Part shown: piece by piece, positions 9,517 to 20,719 of the stretch
Numbering within the stretch: position 1 is the first letter of the stretch
Layout of the letters: each line of letters opens with the position of its first letter
Origin: an uncultured Candidatus Binatia bacterium
GTDB taxonomy: Bacteria > Desulfobacterota > Binatia > UBA9968 > CAXXLF01
Assembly: GCA_965215595.1 (NCBI GenBank)
Contig: CBDCDW010000006.1
Coordinates: forward strand, 138,129-202,128
Reading direction: 5' to 3'
Length of the DNA stretch: 64,000 bases
Position numbers and translations under genes: made by a program
The notes under the pieces: generated by a model
The model's input: the letters and a program-made list of their open reading frames with translations, nothing else
What the model was told of the DNA's origin: nothing
Databases searched by the model: none

Positions 9517-10067
9517 ACTGAAAAACCCAGCCGGGGGGAAGAAGAATTATGGGTCTCGTCTCATGTCCCAAAAATACTAACCAAACGAGGACGAAGGGCA
9601 AAGCGCTAAGCGCAGAGCGCAAAGCGTTAAAAGCATAGCGCCAAGAGAAATTAACCGCCGATTAACGGAGATGGACACAGACGGGGGAACAGCAAAGCGC
9701 CTCTGAGTAGTACTGAGTAGCGAGTGCTGAGGACTGAGAAGGGAGGGATGAGAATCGAGTATCGAGGATTGAAGATCGATGATCAAAAAAGGGTTGAAGG
9801 AGAGATCCAGACGCTATGCGCCATGCGCTTTGCTGTGCCCTGGTCGACGCAAATCTACGGTTAAAAAATTATTTGCACCATCGCCTTGGCGCAAAAATCT
9901 TTTTTGGATTCGTTTTGGCGACGACTGATATGGGAGCATAGAACCCCACAGTCGTCTTGCCAAGAGTTGGAAATCTTGGTAAGAGTATATATGGATGTCT
10001 TGAACAAGATTACCAGAAAAACCCAGGCCTTTGTCTGGGTTTTTTTATCGTTGCTCGGAGGTAAGCC

Positions 10068-11534
10068 ATGTTAGATCAGGAAATGTTACCCCGCGGCTTG
10101 ACCTTTGATGACGTCCTCTTAGTTCCCGCAGAATCCTCCGTTCTCCCAAAGGACATTGACGTCTCTACCATCCTCACTGAGCGAATTAAATTAAACGTCC
10201 CACTGCTGAGCGCCGCCATGGATACGGTGACGGAGTCACGCACGGCCATTGCCATGGCGCAGGAGGGTGGCATCGGACTCATTCACCGTAATATGTCCAT
10301 TGCCGCAGAAGCCGCCGAGGTGGAAAGAGTAAAAAAATTCGAGAGCGGAATGATCACGGACCCTATCACAGTGGCACCCGAGCAAAGGCTGGCAGAGGTT
10401 CAGGAGATCATGGGAAAGTCCCACATCTCTGGCCTGCCGGTAACCCGGGATGGAAAGCTGGTGGGAATCATCACCCATCGGGACCTGCGCTTTGAAAAGA
10501 GACTCGATCGCCCTGTCTCGGAGGTGATGACGAAGGAAAATCTGGTCACCGCCAAGCCTGGGGTAAATTTCGAGGAGGCCAAGGAGATCTTACACCGTCA
10601 CCGGATCGAGAAGCTCCTCGTAGTGGATGATCACTTTCAACTAAAAGGACTGATTACTGTCAAAGATATAGAAAAGAAAACCCAGTACCCTTTTGCCTGC
10701 AAAGATGACCGGGGAAGGTTAAGGGTAGGGGCCGCCGTCGGTGTCGGGCCTGATTGTGAAGCGAGAGTGGACGCGCTGGTGAGGGCAGGTGTTGATCTGG
10801 TTGCCGTGGACACGGCCCATGGTCACTCGAAAAACGTCCTGGACATGGTCGCACGTGTTCGACGTCACTATCCTGATCTCGACATCGTGGGAGGGAACGT
10901 AGCCACTGAAGATGGCACCACAGCGCTGATTGAGGCGGGGGTAAATACCGTCAAAGTCGGCGTGGGGCCTGGATCCATTTGCACTACTCGAATTATCTCC
11001 GGAATTGGAGTACCCCAGATTACGGCCATTGCAAACTGCGTAAAAGCGGCCGGGAGGCGCAATATCCCCGTGATTTCCGATGGAGGCATCAAGTTTTCCG
11101 GTGACATCACCAAGGCCCTTGCCACAGGGGCTCATTCCGTGATGATCGGCGGCTTATTTGCGGGCACCGAGGAGAGTCCCGGTGAAACCATCCTTTACCA
11201 GGGCAGGACCTACAAGCTTTACCGTGGCATGGGTTCCGTAGGAGCCATGAAGGATGGAAGCAAAGACCGCTACGGTCAGGGAGATGTGGAAGAAGAAATG
11301 AAGTTGGTCCCCGAAGGGATTGAAGGACAGATTCCTTACAAGGGCTCACTTGCCTTCAATGTCCATCAGCTGGTGGGCGGATTACGCTCAGGGATGGGGT
11401 ATCTGGGCTCAAGAAACATTCTGGAGTTGCGCACCAAAGCCCAATTCATTCAGATCACCTCCGCCGGGCTGAGGGAAGGCCATGTCCATGATGTCTTTAT
11501 TACCAAAGAGGCGCCCAACTATAGGTCCGAATGA
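10068..11534 (+). CDS. guaB: IMP dehydrogenase
   Basis: 488 aa. Tandem CBS domains inside a TIM barrel; catalytic [13 protein letters not shown] / [11 protein letters not shown] motifs. Confidence 0.95.
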   Translation: MLDQEMLPRGLTFDDVLLVPAESSVLPKDIDVSTILTERIKLNVPLLSAAMDTVTESRTAIAMAQEGGIGLIHRNMSIAAEAAEVERVKKFESGMITDPITVAPEQRLAEVQEIMGKSHISGLPVTRDGKLVGIITHRDLRFEKRLDRPVSEVMTKENLVTAKPGVNFEEAKEILHRHRIEKLLVVDDHFQLKGLITVKDIEKKTQYPFACKDDRGRLRVGAAVGVGPDCEARVDALVRAGVDLVAVDTAHGHSKNVLDMVARVRRHYPDLDIVGGNVATEDGTTALIEAGVNTVKVGVGPGSICTTRIISGIGVPQITAIANCVKAAGRRNIPVISDGGIKFSGDITKALATGAHSVMIGGLFAGTEESPGETILYQGRTYKLYRGMGSVGAMKDGSKDRYGQGDVEEEMKLVPEGIEGQIPYKGSLAFNVHQLVGGLRSGMGYLGSRNILELRTKAQFIQITSAGLREGHVHDVFITKEAPNYRSE

Positions 11535-13060
11535 TCCTCGTTCTTGATTTTGGCTCCCAATACACACAGCTCATAGCTCGCCGTGTCCGCGAGAGTAACG
11601 TTTACTGCGAGATCCATCCTTTCAATACTCCTTTAGAAAAAATCCGTCAGCTGCAACCCAAGGGGATCATCCTTTCAGGCGGTCCTGCCAGTGTCTACAA
11701 GGAAAGCGCCCCCCAGGTGCAGGGAGAGCTATTCGATTTTCCCGTTCCCTTTTTAGGTATTTGTTACGGCATGGGACTCATCAACCGAGCCGGTGGGGGC
11801 GAGGTGGTACAGGCCCAACAACGGGAATATGGTCTCGCCGACCTATTGATAATAGACAATTCGGATCTGTTTTACGGTTTCTCACAAGACACGGGGGTGC
11901 CTGTATGGATGAGCCACGGGGACCACATGACGTCCCTTCCCCATGGCTGGTGTATCCTCGCGCAAAGTGCCAACTCTCCCATCGCTGCCTTTTCCAATCC
12001 GGAGCGTCGTCTGTTTGGAGTCCAGTTCCATCCTGAAGTGACCCACAGCCCTCGGGGAAAGGAAACGCTGAAAAATTTTCTCTTCCGCATCTGCCACTGC
12101 GAACCCTCATGGACCATGGCGCACTTTATCGAGACCTCAGTTGAGACTATCGGTAAGCGGGTGGGACAAAGCAGTGTTCTCTGTGCCTTGAGCGGCGGGG
12201 TCGATTCTTCAGTGGCAGCAACTCTCGTACACCGGGCCATTGGAGACCGGTTGATTTGTATCTTCGTCAACAACGGACTCTTACGCCAGGGGGAAGCCGA
12301 AGATGTATGCCAATTGGGACAACGTTTTGGAGAGGGCTTCCGCTATGTGGACGCCAGCGAACGCTTTGTCGCGGCTCTTCGCGGGGTGGAAGATCCGGAA
12401 GAGAAACGAAGGAGGATCGGACACCTGTTCATTGAGGTCTTCGAAGAAGAGTCCATTAAGCTCGGCGATGTTCCATACCTCACCCAGGGCACCCTTTACC
12501 CCGATGTGATCGAGTCCATTTCATCTGTCGGTCCGTCGGTCACCATCAAAACCCACCACAACGTGGGTGGACTCCCTGAAAAAATGAAACTTAAAATCAT
12601 TGAGCCCCTCCGGGAACTCTTTAAAGACGAGGTGCGCCGGTTGGGACAAGAGTTGGGTCTTCCCACGGAAATGACTCTACGCCAGCCCTTCCCTGGACCC
12701 GGACTCGCGGTGCGAATCCTGGGCGAAGTAACCGAGGAGCGACTCCAAGTGCTGCGCGAGGCGGATGCAATCGTTATGCATGAGATTCGAGCCGCCGGTT
12801 TTCACGATAAGGTATGGCAGTCCTTTGCCGTTCTGCTTCCCACCCGGACCGTTGGTGTCATGGGAGACGAGCGAACCTACGAGAATGTCATCGCCCTGAG
12901 GGTAGTGGATAGCCAGGATGGAATGACTGCCGATTGGGTTCCGCTACCCGCGGAATTGCTCGGACGAATTTCCAATCGCATCATCAACGAGGTCCGCGGA
13001 GTGGGTCGGGTTGTCTACGATATATCTTCCAAACCCCCTGCAACCATTGAATGGGAATGA
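11531..13060 (+). CDS. guaA: GMP synthase (glutamine-hydrolysing)
   Basis: 509 aa. N-terminal class-I glutamine amidotransferase (CYGMG), ATP-PPase SGGVDSSV motif, conserved C-terminus ending IEWE. Overlaps guaB by 4 nt. Confidence 0.95.
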   Translation: MILVLDFGSQYTQLIARRVRESNVYCEIHPFNTPLEKIRQLQPKGIILSGGPASVYKESAPQVQGELFDFPVPFLGICYGMGLINRAGGGEVVQAQQREYGLADLLIIDNSDLFYGFSQDTGVPVWMSHGDHMTSLPHGWCILAQSANSPIAAFSNPERRLFGVQFHPEVTHSPRGKETLKNFLFRICHCEPSWTMAHFIETSVETIGKRVGQSSVLCALSGGVDSSVAATLVHRAIGDRLICIFVNNGLLRQGEAEDVCQLGQRFGEGFRYVDASERFVAALRGVEDPEEKRRRIGHLFIEVFEEESIKLGDVPYLTQGTLYPDVIESISSVGPSVTIKTHHNVGGLPEKMKLKIIEPLRELFKDEVRRLGQELGLPTEMTLRQPFPGPGLAVRILGEVTEERLQVLREADAIVMHEIRAAGFHDKVWQSFAVLLPTRTVGVMGDERTYENVIALRVVDSQDGMTADWVPLPAELLGRISNRIINEVRGVGRVVYDISSKPPATIEWE

Positions 13061-13124
13061 ACTAGATATAAAAAATTGTGCGGCCCCCTCATTTGTGCTA
13101 GGTTTACTCGCGGAAAAAAAGCCT

Positions 13125-16100
13125 ATGGAGCATACCAGTTTCGTTCACCTTCACTGCCACACCCAATTCAGCCTCCTGGACGGTGCCAATAAGATTGAGC
13201 CCCTCTTCGAACGAGTACGGCAACTAAAACAACCGGCCCTGGCCATGACCGATCACGGTAACATGTTCGGAGCGGTGGAGTTCTATACTGAAGCGGTCAA
13301 GCAAGGCATCAAACCCATTCTCGGCTGTGAAATCTATGTGGCACCCACCACCCGATTTGAGCGCAAGGGGACGGATAAAGGGATCAAAGAATACAACAAC
13401 CACCTGGTCCTCCTGGCCATGAACCAGGATGGTTATCGAAATCTTTGCAAGCTCGTAACCGCTGGCTTTACCGAGGGTTTTTACTACAAGCCGAGGGTAG
13501 ATAAGGACCTGCTCAAAGAATACAACGCGGGTTTGATCGCACTCAGTTCCTGTCTTCGGGGAGAGGTGGCTTCATCCTTGTCCGTCGAAAACATGGTCAA
13601 GGCCAAATCCGCTGCCGAAAATTATGCCTCCATCTTCAAGGACCGCTTCTATCTCGAGATTCAAGACAACAAAATTCCGGTGCAGGAAAAGGTCAACCGG
13701 CTCATCGTCGACATCGGTAAAGATCTGTCGCTACCCGTGGTGGCAACCAATGACTGCCATTACGTGAATAGGAAAGATGCTGCAGCCCATGACGTCCTCC
13801 TGTGCATTCAGACCGGCCGGACCGTCGACGACGAGAACCGCATGAAAATGTCCACGGACGAGCTCTTTCTCAAGTCGGCGGATGAGATGAGGGAGGGAAT
13901 GGCCTACTGTCCCGAGGCGGTGGACCGGACCTTGGAGATCGCTCAAAGGTGTAATTTAGAACTGGAACTGGGTCGATACCGTTTTCCCCGCTTTGATCCC
14001 CCTGCCGGCAAAAATCTCGATGAACACCTCGACGAGCTTACCCGCAGGGGATTGGAGCAGAGGCTGGAGAGTCTTTATCCTTCGGAAACCGAACCCTTGA
14101 GCCCTGAATCCAGAAAGGTCTATGACGAACGGCTCGACCACGAACTCGACGTGATCAAACAGATGCAGTACTCGGGCTACTTTCTCATTGTGGCCGACTT
14201 TATCAACTACGCGAAGGACAATGGAATCCCCGTTGGACCAGGCCGGGGCTCGGCTGCAGGAAGCCTCGTGGCCTACGCCCTGAAGATCACCGACCTCGAC
14301 CCCATCCAGCATGTTCTCCTGTTTGAACGATTCCTAAATCCCGAGCGCCGATCCATGCCGGACATTGACGTGGATTTTTGCATCCGAGGTAGGGATAAGG
14401 TCATTCAGTACGTCAAGGAAAAATACGGTGCAGACAAAGTGGCCCAGATCGCCACCTTCGGGACCCTGAAGGCAAAGGCCGCCATTAGAGACGTGGGGCG
14501 AGCCCTGGGGCTCTCTTTCACAGAAACAGACACTATCGCAAAACTGATCCCTGCACCAAAGCAGGGGTTTGATTATTCGCTGGCTGACGCCATCAAAATG
14601 GAACCTCGGCTCCCGGCTTTGATGAAGTCCGATCCTCGGGTGAAAACTCTTCTGGACCATGCCCTACGCCTTGAAGGACTCACCCGGCATTCATCCACTC
14701 ACGCTGCTGGAGTCGTCATTGCCAACCGACCCCTGGACAATTATCTACCCCTCTATCTGGATAAAGAGGGTGGTATCGTCACCCAATTCGACATGGATAG
14801 CGTGGGAAAGATCGGTCTCATCAAGTTTGATTTTCTTGGTCTTAAGACGCTCACCCTTATTCATGACTGTATGGATCTGGTCCGTACGAGCCAAGGAGAT
14901 GAGATCGACTTGGACCATCTCCCACTGGACGACGGGAAGACCTACGGCCTCCTTTGCTCGGGAAATACCACAGGGATCTTCCAGCTTGAAAGTACTGGCA
15001 TCCGGGAAATGACGGTGAAGATCAAACCGAACTGCTTCGAGGACCTGGCGGCCATCCTTGCCCTCTACCGCCCCGGACCTTTGGACAGCGGCATGGCGGA
15101 GGAGTACATCAAGCGCAAGCAGGGAAAACAGAAGATCCGCTACCCTCACCCGTCCCTAGAGCCAATCCTGAAAGACACCTACGGGGTCATCATCTATCAG
15201 GATCAAGTGATGCAAATCGCCCAAAGCCTCGCCTGCTATGCCATGGGAGAGGCGGATATCCTGCGTATCGCCATGGGTAAAAAGGACCCAGAAGAGATGG
15301 CAGGTCAAAGGGAACGATTCATTGATGGGGCCCAAAAGAACCATATCAAGCCAAAGACAGCAGCCAATATATTTGACCAGATGGAGACCTTTGCACGTTA
15401 CGGCTTTAACAAGTCCCACACGGCTGCCTATGCGCTGATCTCCTATCAGACGGCCTATCTGAAATCCCACTATCCGGTGGAATTCATGGCAACCCTGATG
15501 ACCTCGGAGATGGGCGACACGGACAAGGTCATTAAGAACCTGGCGGAGTGCCGGGACCAGGGGATCAAGGTGCTTCCTCCAGACGTGAACGAGAGCCGCG
15601 CGCATTTTACCACCGTGGGGGATCAGATTCGTTTTGGCCTGTCAGCCGTCAAGAACGTGGGCGATAAGGCCGTGGAAGCCATAATCAACAGCAGAGAACA
15701 AGATGGAAACTTCAAATCCATTTATGATTTCTGCCGGCGTGTGGACCTGCGCACGGTCAACCGAAGAGTGATGGAGAGTCTCATCAAGTGCGGGGCCTTC
15801 GATTCCACGAGTTTTACCAGGGCACAACAAATGGCAGCCCTCGATGGGGCCATATCGGAGGGGCAAAGCCATCAGAAAGGTATCGAGGCTGGTCAATATG
15901 ATATTTTTGCAGCCCTTGCAGGGACGGACCAGAACCAGGAGAATAAGAAAGAACAGCATCCAGATGTGGAGGACTGGTCGACCAATCAGGTGTTGGCATT
16001 CGAAAAAGAGTCCGTGGGGTTTTACATCACTGGCCACCCATTGGATAAATACGATCAGGCCATCAAGCGGTTGACCACTGGAACCACAGCCGGCTTGAAG

Positions 16101-16661
16101 GAATCACCGCCCAACGGGGAGGTAAAAGTAGCCGGTGTGGTAACAGCTCTAAAGCTCAGGAACACCAAGAAGGGGGAGCGTTACGCTGGATTCAATTTGG
16201 AAGACAAGACAGGTTTTATTGAAGTGATCATCTGGCCTGATTTATACCGCCGTTCCATGAAGGCCATCGCTTCGGACGATGCCATTTTGATCAAGGGAAA
16301 ACTTGACGTTGGCGAGGAACGAATACAACTAATTGGAAACGACGTGATCCCCATGGCCGAGGTATACCATCGCATTCGCTCGAGTTCTCTACCGGAAGCC
16401 ACCGACAAGAAGAAGGCCATGGACACCACAGAACTCCATTTTTATGCCCGTGCCCCGGAAGTAACAACTCTGGAGCTAAATCGACTACACGACATCTTCC
16501 AAAATCATCGGGGCGCCTGTACGGTCTATCTCCATCTCTCCAATGCAAATAGGGGCGAGACGGTCATCGAACTACCGGAAAATCTCAGGATCGAGCCCTC
16601 CGAAGAGCTCCTGGAGACCGTGGACCGTTCCTTTGGGAAACGCATCACCTACACCCATTAG
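13125..16661 (+). CDS. dnaE: DNA polymerase III alpha subunit
   Basis: PHP domain start MEHTSFVHLHCHTQFSLLDGA at ATG 13125. The track's 13011 start overlaps guaA and is unlikely. Polymerase core GFDYS...PDIDVDF, then OB-fold. Confidence 0.93.
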   Translation: MEHTSFVHLHCHTQFSLLDGANKIEPLFERVRQLKQPALAMTDHGNMFGAVEFYTEAVKQGIKPILGCEIYVAPTTRFERKGTDKGIKEYNNHLVLLAMNQDGYRNLCKLVTAGFTEGFYYKPRVDKDLLKEYNAGLIALSSCLRGEVASSLSVENMVKAKSAAENYASIFKDRFYLEIQDNKIPVQEKVNRLIVDIGKDLSLPVVATNDCHYVNRKDAAAHDVLLCIQTGRTVDDENRMKMSTDELFLKSADEMREGMAYCPEAVDRTLEIAQRCNLELELGRYRFPRFDPPAGKNLDEHLDELTRRGLEQRLESLYPSETEPLSPESRKVYDERLDHELDVIKQMQYSGYFLIVADFINYAKDNGIPVGPGRGSAAGSLVAYALKITDLDPIQHVLLFERFLNPERRSMPDIDVDFCIRGRDKVIQYVKEKYGADKVAQIATFGTLKAKAAIRDVGRALGLSFTETDTIAKLIPAPKQGFDYSLADAIKMEPRLPALMKSDPRVKTLLDHALRLEGLTRHSSTHAAGVVIANRPLDNYLPLYLDKEGGIVTQFDMDSVGKIGLIKFDFLGLKTLTLIHDCMDLVRTSQGDEIDLDHLPLDDGKTYGLLCSGNTTGIFQLESTGIREMTVKIKPNCFEDLAAILALYRPGPLDSGMAEEYIKRKQGKQKIRYPHPSLEPILKDTYGVIIYQDQVMQIAQSLACYAMGEADILRIAMGKKDPEEMAGQRERFIDGAQKNHIKPKTAANIFDQMETFARYGFNKSHTAAYALISYQTAYLKSHYPVEFMATLMTSEMGDTDKVIKNLAECRDQGIKVLPPDVNESRAHFTTVGDQIRFGLSAVKNVGDKAVEAIINSREQDGNFKSIYDFCRRVDLRTVNRRVMESLIKCGAFDSTSFTRAQQMAALDGAISEGQSHQKGIEAGQYDIFAALAGTDQNQENKKEQHPDVEDWSTNQVLAFEKESVGFYITGHPLDKYDQAIKRLTTGTTAGLKESPPNGEVKVAGVVTALKLRNTKKGERYAGFNLEDKTGFIEVIIWPDLYRRSMKAIASDDAILIKGKLDVGEERIQLIGNDVIPMAEVYHRIRSSSLPEATDKKKAMDTTELHFYARAPEVTTLELNRLHDIFQNHRGACTVYLHLSNANRGETVIELPENLRIEPSEELLETVDRSFGKRITYTH

Positions 16662-16665
16662 CCCA

Positions 16666-17967
16666 TTGAAACAGGCGATTCTTAATCCTATTGATTCAAA
16701 AGAAAGGGCCCTCCTGGTGGGAGTGGATCTGTATTCCTCCAACCTTGAATTCCCATTGGAAGACAGTCTGGAGGAGCTGGAACAATTGGCGGTAACTGCC
16801 GGCGCCCATGTGATCGGGAAGTTTACTCAACGCCTGAAAAAATTTAGTTCCGCCACATTGATCGGCCGGGGCAAAGTAGATGAGATACAAGCACACATCC
16901 TCGATGTAAGGCCTGACCTGGTGATCTTCGACGAAAATCTTAACCCAGCGCAACAACGCAACCTGGAAGATGCTTTCAATATCCGTGTCATTGATAGGAG
17001 CCAATTGATACTGGACATTTTCTCCCAACGGGCACAAAGCAAAGAGGGCAAGCTCCAGGTGGAGTTGGCACAACTGGAATACCTTCTCCCGCGCCTGACC
17101 CGCCAATGGACCCACCTATCACGATTGGCCGGCGGTATCGGAACCCGCGGACCAGGTGAAAGCCAGCTGGAAGTGGATAGGCGAAGAGTTCGGGAACGTA
17201 TTGGACTGTTAAGAAAGCGGCTGACTTCGGTAAAACGAACCCGCGATTTGCAGCGGCATGAGCGGCTGGAGGTTCCCTACGCCACCATCGCTCTGGTTGG
17301 CTACACCAATTCCGGGAAATCCACCCTGATGAATACCCTCACCCGAGCCGGTGTCATTACGGAGGACAAGCTGTTTGCCACGCTGGACCCCACCACTCGA
17401 AGCCTCCGACTCCCCAGCGGAGACAAAGTAATGGTTGTTGACACGGTTGGATTTAGCCACAAGATTCCTCACTCACTCATCGAGGCCTTTAAAAGTACCC
17501 TCGAGGAGGTCACCAACGCTGATTTGCTCCTCCATGTGGTGGATATGACCAGTCCCCTCCATGAAAAACAGATCCAAGTGGTAGAAGCGGTGCTCAGGGA
17601 GATCGGAGCTGGAGAGATTCGTACCTTCATGGTTCCTAATAAAATCGACCTTCTCTCCGACGGTGGACCGCAGCGGCTGGAGACCAACGGTGCCTGTGGA
17701 ACTTGCCCCATCTCTGCATCAACCGGCACAGGAATCCATGACCTCTTGGAATCCGTGGGAAAAATCCTGGATCAAGGTAAGGAAAAAGCCGAATTTGTCC
17801 TTTCTTCCGCCCAAGGCCATCTCCTCTCCCTGCTGCGCCAGCGAGGTAGGATTCTCGAGGAAAAGTATGAAGGAGGAGCCATCCATGTCACTGCACTCCT
17901 TTCCCCTAAGTTAAGGGGTCAGATGAAAAAGTGGTTAAGCGGAAATGGCATGGAGGCTTCAACATAA
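16666..17967 (+). CDS. hflX: GTPase HflX
   Basis: HflX N-domain followed by a G-domain (GYTNSGKSTLMN; DTVGF). The track start 16543 lies inside dnaE. The in-frame TTG at 16666, 2 nt after the dnaE stop, is the more plausible start. Confidence 0.8.
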   Translation: MKQAILNPIDSKERALLVGVDLYSSNLEFPLEDSLEELEQLAVTAGAHVIGKFTQRLKKFSSATLIGRGKVDEIQAHILDVRPDLVIFDENLNPAQQRNLEDAFNIRVIDRSQLILDIFSQRAQSKEGKLQVELAQLEYLLPRLTRQWTHLSRLAGGIGTRGPGESQLEVDRRRVRERIGLLRKRLTSVKRTRDLQRHERLEVPYATIALVGYTNSGKSTLMNTLTRAGVITEDKLFATLDPTTRSLRLPSGDKVMVVDTVGFSHKIPHSLIEAFKSTLEEVTNADLLLHVVDMTSPLHEKQIQVVEAVLREIGAGEIRTFMVPNKIDLLSDGGPQRLETNGACGTCPISASTGTGIHDLLESVGKILDQGKEKAEFVLSSAQGHLLSLLRQRGRILEEKYEGGAIHVTALLSPKLRGQMKKWLSGNGMEAST

Positions 17968-17979
17968 GAAATATCCGCT

Positions 17980-18567
17980 ATGCTTAATCTTCCCAATTTC
18001 CTCACTTTGATTCGCATCGCAACCATACCACTCTTTCTGGTCTTACTATTTTCTCGCTATTACACATGGGCCTTGATTGTATTTGCATTTGGGGGCATCA
18101 CGGACGCCCTGGACGGCCCCGTGGCACGATTGACCAAACAACTGACCCGGCTAGGCGCCTATCTCGATCCTTTAGCGGACAAGTTGTTGATCATAAGTTC
18201 ACTGGTGGTTCTGAGCCATATCGGCGTGGCGCCTGCCTGGTTTACCATCTTGGTACTCAGTCGCGATCTGATTATTACACTGGGATACGTTACGATTTAT
18301 TTCTGGGTTCAGGAGAAAATGGAAATTCACCCGAGTATAATGGGCAAGTCCAATACCTTTCTCCTGCTCTTAACGGTTACGGTCATATTACTCTCTCTTT
18401 ACGACCCGGACATCATTCCGAAATCTCCCCTGGGTGTCGGTTCTTTAAGGATCGCCATGCTTGAATTTCTGTTCCTGCTGACGGCCCTTACTACTGTTGT
18501 TTCTGGCTTACAGTATGTTTATCGCGGATTGGTCTGGCTCCAAGATCGGGTCCAAACGCCGACCTGA
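17980..18567 (+). CDS. pgsA: CDP-diacylglycerol--glycerol-3-phosphate 3-phosphatidyltransferase (CDP-alcohol phosphatidyltransferase family)
   Basis: 195 aa. NxLTxxR...GxxxDxxDGxxAR...LDPxADK signature (ITDALDGPVARL...LDPLADKL). Confidence 0.8.
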   Translation: MLNLPNFLTLIRIATIPLFLVLLFSRYYTWALIVFAFGGITDALDGPVARLTKQLTRLGAYLDPLADKLLIISSLVVLSHIGVAPAWFTILVLSRDLIITLGYVTIYFWVQEKMEIHPSIMGKSNTFLLLLTVTVILLSLYDPDIIPKSPLGVGSLRIAMLEFLFLLTALTTVVSGLQYVYRGLVWLQDRVQTPT

Positions 18568-18660
18568 ACAAGTTGACACGGCACGCAGAGATTGGTAGTA
18601 AAATTATAGAGTTGCATAGATAAGGGGTGCTAAATAATCCATCGTTTCACTTGCCCCGAT

Positions 18661-18735
18661 AGGCACGTAGCTCAGTGGGAGAGCGCTTCCTTGACACGGA
18701 AGAGGTCGGCGGTTCAATCCCGCCCGTGCCTACCA
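18661..18735 (+). tRNA. tRNA-Val (anticodon GAC)
   Basis: Cloverleaf parsed by hand. Acceptor aggcacg/cgtgcct, D-arm gctc-agtggga-gagc, anticodon stem cttcc/ggaag with loop ttGACac, T-arm ggcgg-ttcaatc-ccgcc, discriminator A, encoded CCA. Confidence 0.9.
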
Positions 18736-18782
18736 GTCGTTGAGTCGTTGCCAGATTTTTTTTAGCAATTACGGCCATCCAA

Positions 18783-20696
18783 ATGAAATCTATTGTTGTA
18801 AAACTTCCGGGTGAAAAGACCATGGAAGTAGCACCCAACCAGAAAAAAATCCAGGATTTAATTTCGACACTGGGCGTTGACCATAACGTCATCGCCGCAA
18901 AGTTGGATGGTGTGGCCGTGGATCTCGACCATATTCTGAATCAGGACTGCACATTGGATTGGATTTCACTCGATAGCCCGGAGGGACTCGATATCCTGCG
19001 CCACTCCACTGCCCATCTCATGGCCCAAGCGGTACAGAGCCTCTTTCCAGGGACCCAGGTGACCATTGGCCCCACCATCGAGAATGGATTCTATTACGAC
19101 TTCAAACGGGACACACCCTTTACCCCCGAAGAGATTGAGAAGATCGAGGAACGCATGCGAGAGCTTTCCAAGTCCAATCTCAAAGTGGTGCGGGAAGAGA
19201 CTCCAAAGAAAAAAGCGGTCCAATTATTCCGTAAGATGGGCGAAAAATATAAGGTGGACATTCTAAACGAGATACCTGACGAAAAGGTTTCTCTTTATCG
19301 TCAGGGAGAGTGGGTGGATCTGTGCCGTGGACCCCATGTTCCATTCACGGGAGTCATCAAAGTCTTCAAGTTAACCAGCGTGGCGGGTGCTTACTGGAGA
19401 GGCGACGAAAACAATGAAATGCTCCAACGCATTTATGGAACCTCTTTCCCCTCAAAGGAGTCCTTGCGCGAGCATCTTCGTCTCCTCGAAGAGGCCAAGA
19501 AAAGAGACCACCGTCGTTTGGGCCGGGAACTGGATCTATTCAGCTTCCACCCCATTGCACCCGCGAGTCCTTTCTTTCATCCCAAGGGGACAGTGATTTA
19601 CAACGAACTCATTTCCTATATACGACGGCTCTATTCCCGCAACGGATATCAAGAGGTGCTGACTCCACAGATCTATGATGTCGAATTATGGCACCGCTCG
19701 GGCCACTACGATCACTTCAAGGAGAACATGTACTTTACCCAGATTGACGATCGGGAGTTTGGGGTCAAGCCAATGAACTGCCCCGCGCACACTTTTATCT
19801 ACGCCTCCAGAAAGAGGTCTTACCGCGATCTTCCGCTGCGGCTAGCGGATTTTGGACGTCTGCACCGCTATGAGAAATCAGGTGTCACCGCAGGCCTCAC
19901 ACGGGTTCGAACCTTTTCCCAGGACGATGCCCATATTTTCTGTGCTCCGGAGCAAATCGAGGAGGAGATGACCTCCCTATTAAAAATGATCCATGAGGTC
20001 TACGAGACCTTTCAGTTTCACCAAATGCAGGTTAAACTATCCACTCGCCCGGACCTCTACATGGGAAGCCTTGAAACTTGGGAGCGGGCGGAAAACTCCC
20101 TGGCAGATTCTCTCCGCAAACGTGGTATCGAATATCAAGTGAACGAGGGCGACGGGGCCTTCTACGGTCCCAAGATTGACTTTGTGGTGCAGGATGCCCT
20201 GAAACGCGGATGGCAGCTGGCAACCATCCAGCTGGACTTCGCCATGCCAGAGCGTTTCGACCTCTCTTATGTGGCGTCCTCCGGTGCCGAGGCCAGGCCT
20301 GTGATGATTCACCGGGCCATCTTGGGTTCCATTGAACGTTTCATGGGAATTTTGATAGAACACACAGGCGGAGCCATGCCCCTTTGGCTGGCGCCGGTTC
20401 AGTTGAGGATCGTAAATGTCACGGACCAGCAAAAGGACTATGCCCAAGAGGTCTTGCAAAAAATAAAATCGGCGGGATGGCGGGTGGAACTAGACGATCG
20501 AAACGAAAAACTCGGCTTTAAAATCCGTGAGGCCCAGGTTGCAAAGATACCCTATGCGGTGGTAATCGGAGATAGGGAGATGAACGATCAGACAGTGTCC
20601 CCTCGTGCCAGGGGGGGCAAAAATCTTAATCCAATGTCCGTCGATGAATTCTTATCAACTCTACAAGAAGAGGTTTCTGCCTTAGGGCGAAGTTAA
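18783..20696 (+). CDS. thrS: Threonyl-tRNA synthetase
   Basis: 637 aa. TGS domain, editing domain, class II core (HRAILGSIERF), C-terminal anticodon-binding domain. Confidence 0.95.
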   Translation: MKSIVVKLPGEKTMEVAPNQKKIQDLISTLGVDHNVIAAKLDGVAVDLDHILNQDCTLDWISLDSPEGLDILRHSTAHLMAQAVQSLFPGTQVTIGPTIENGFYYDFKRDTPFTPEEIEKIEERMRELSKSNLKVVREETPKKKAVQLFRKMGEKYKVDILNEIPDEKVSLYRQGEWVDLCRGPHVPFTGVIKVFKLTSVAGAYWRGDENNEMLQRIYGTSFPSKESLREHLRLLEEAKKRDHRRLGRELDLFSFHPIAPASPFFHPKGTVIYNELISYIRRLYSRNGYQEVLTPQIYDVELWHRSGHYDHFKENMYFTQIDDREFGVKPMNCPAHTFIYASRKRSYRDLPLRLADFGRLHRYEKSGVTAGLTRVRTFSQDDAHIFCAPEQIEEEMTSLLKMIHEVYETFQFHQMQVKLSTRPDLYMGSLETWERAENSLADSLRKRGIEYQVNEGDGAFYGPKIDFVVQDALKRGWQLATIQLDFAMPERFDLSYVASSGAEARPVMIHRAILGSIERFMGILIEHTGGAMPLWLAPVQLRIVNVTDQQKDYAQEVLQKIKSAGWRVELDDRNEKLGFKIREAQVAKIPYAVVIGDREMNDQTVSPRARGGKNLNPMSVDEFLSTLQEEVSALGRS

Positions 20697-20719
20697 GGGA
20701 AACAAAATGGAGGTGTCCA

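Noticed and set aside
9990-10050. Purine (guanine) riboswitch upstream of guaB
   Set aside because: Only a GATATGG-like element is present. The J2-3 (GUUUCUACC) and L3/J3-1 core motifs are absent. Only the terminator hairpin is reported as a finding.
11761-12273. Antisense and alternative-frame ORFs inside guaA (91-133 aa)
   Set aside because: They are embedded in a strongly conserved GMP synthase frame and have no features.
13011-13124. Upstream start codon for dnaE as given in the ORF track
   Set aside because: It overlaps the guaA 3' end by 50 nt and encodes non-conserved residues. The PHP-domain start MEHTSFVHLHCH at 13125 is preferred.
18647-18892. 81-aa minus-strand ORF
   Set aside because: It overlaps tRNA-Val, whose cloverleaf parses cleanly. 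This is an ORF-finder artefact.
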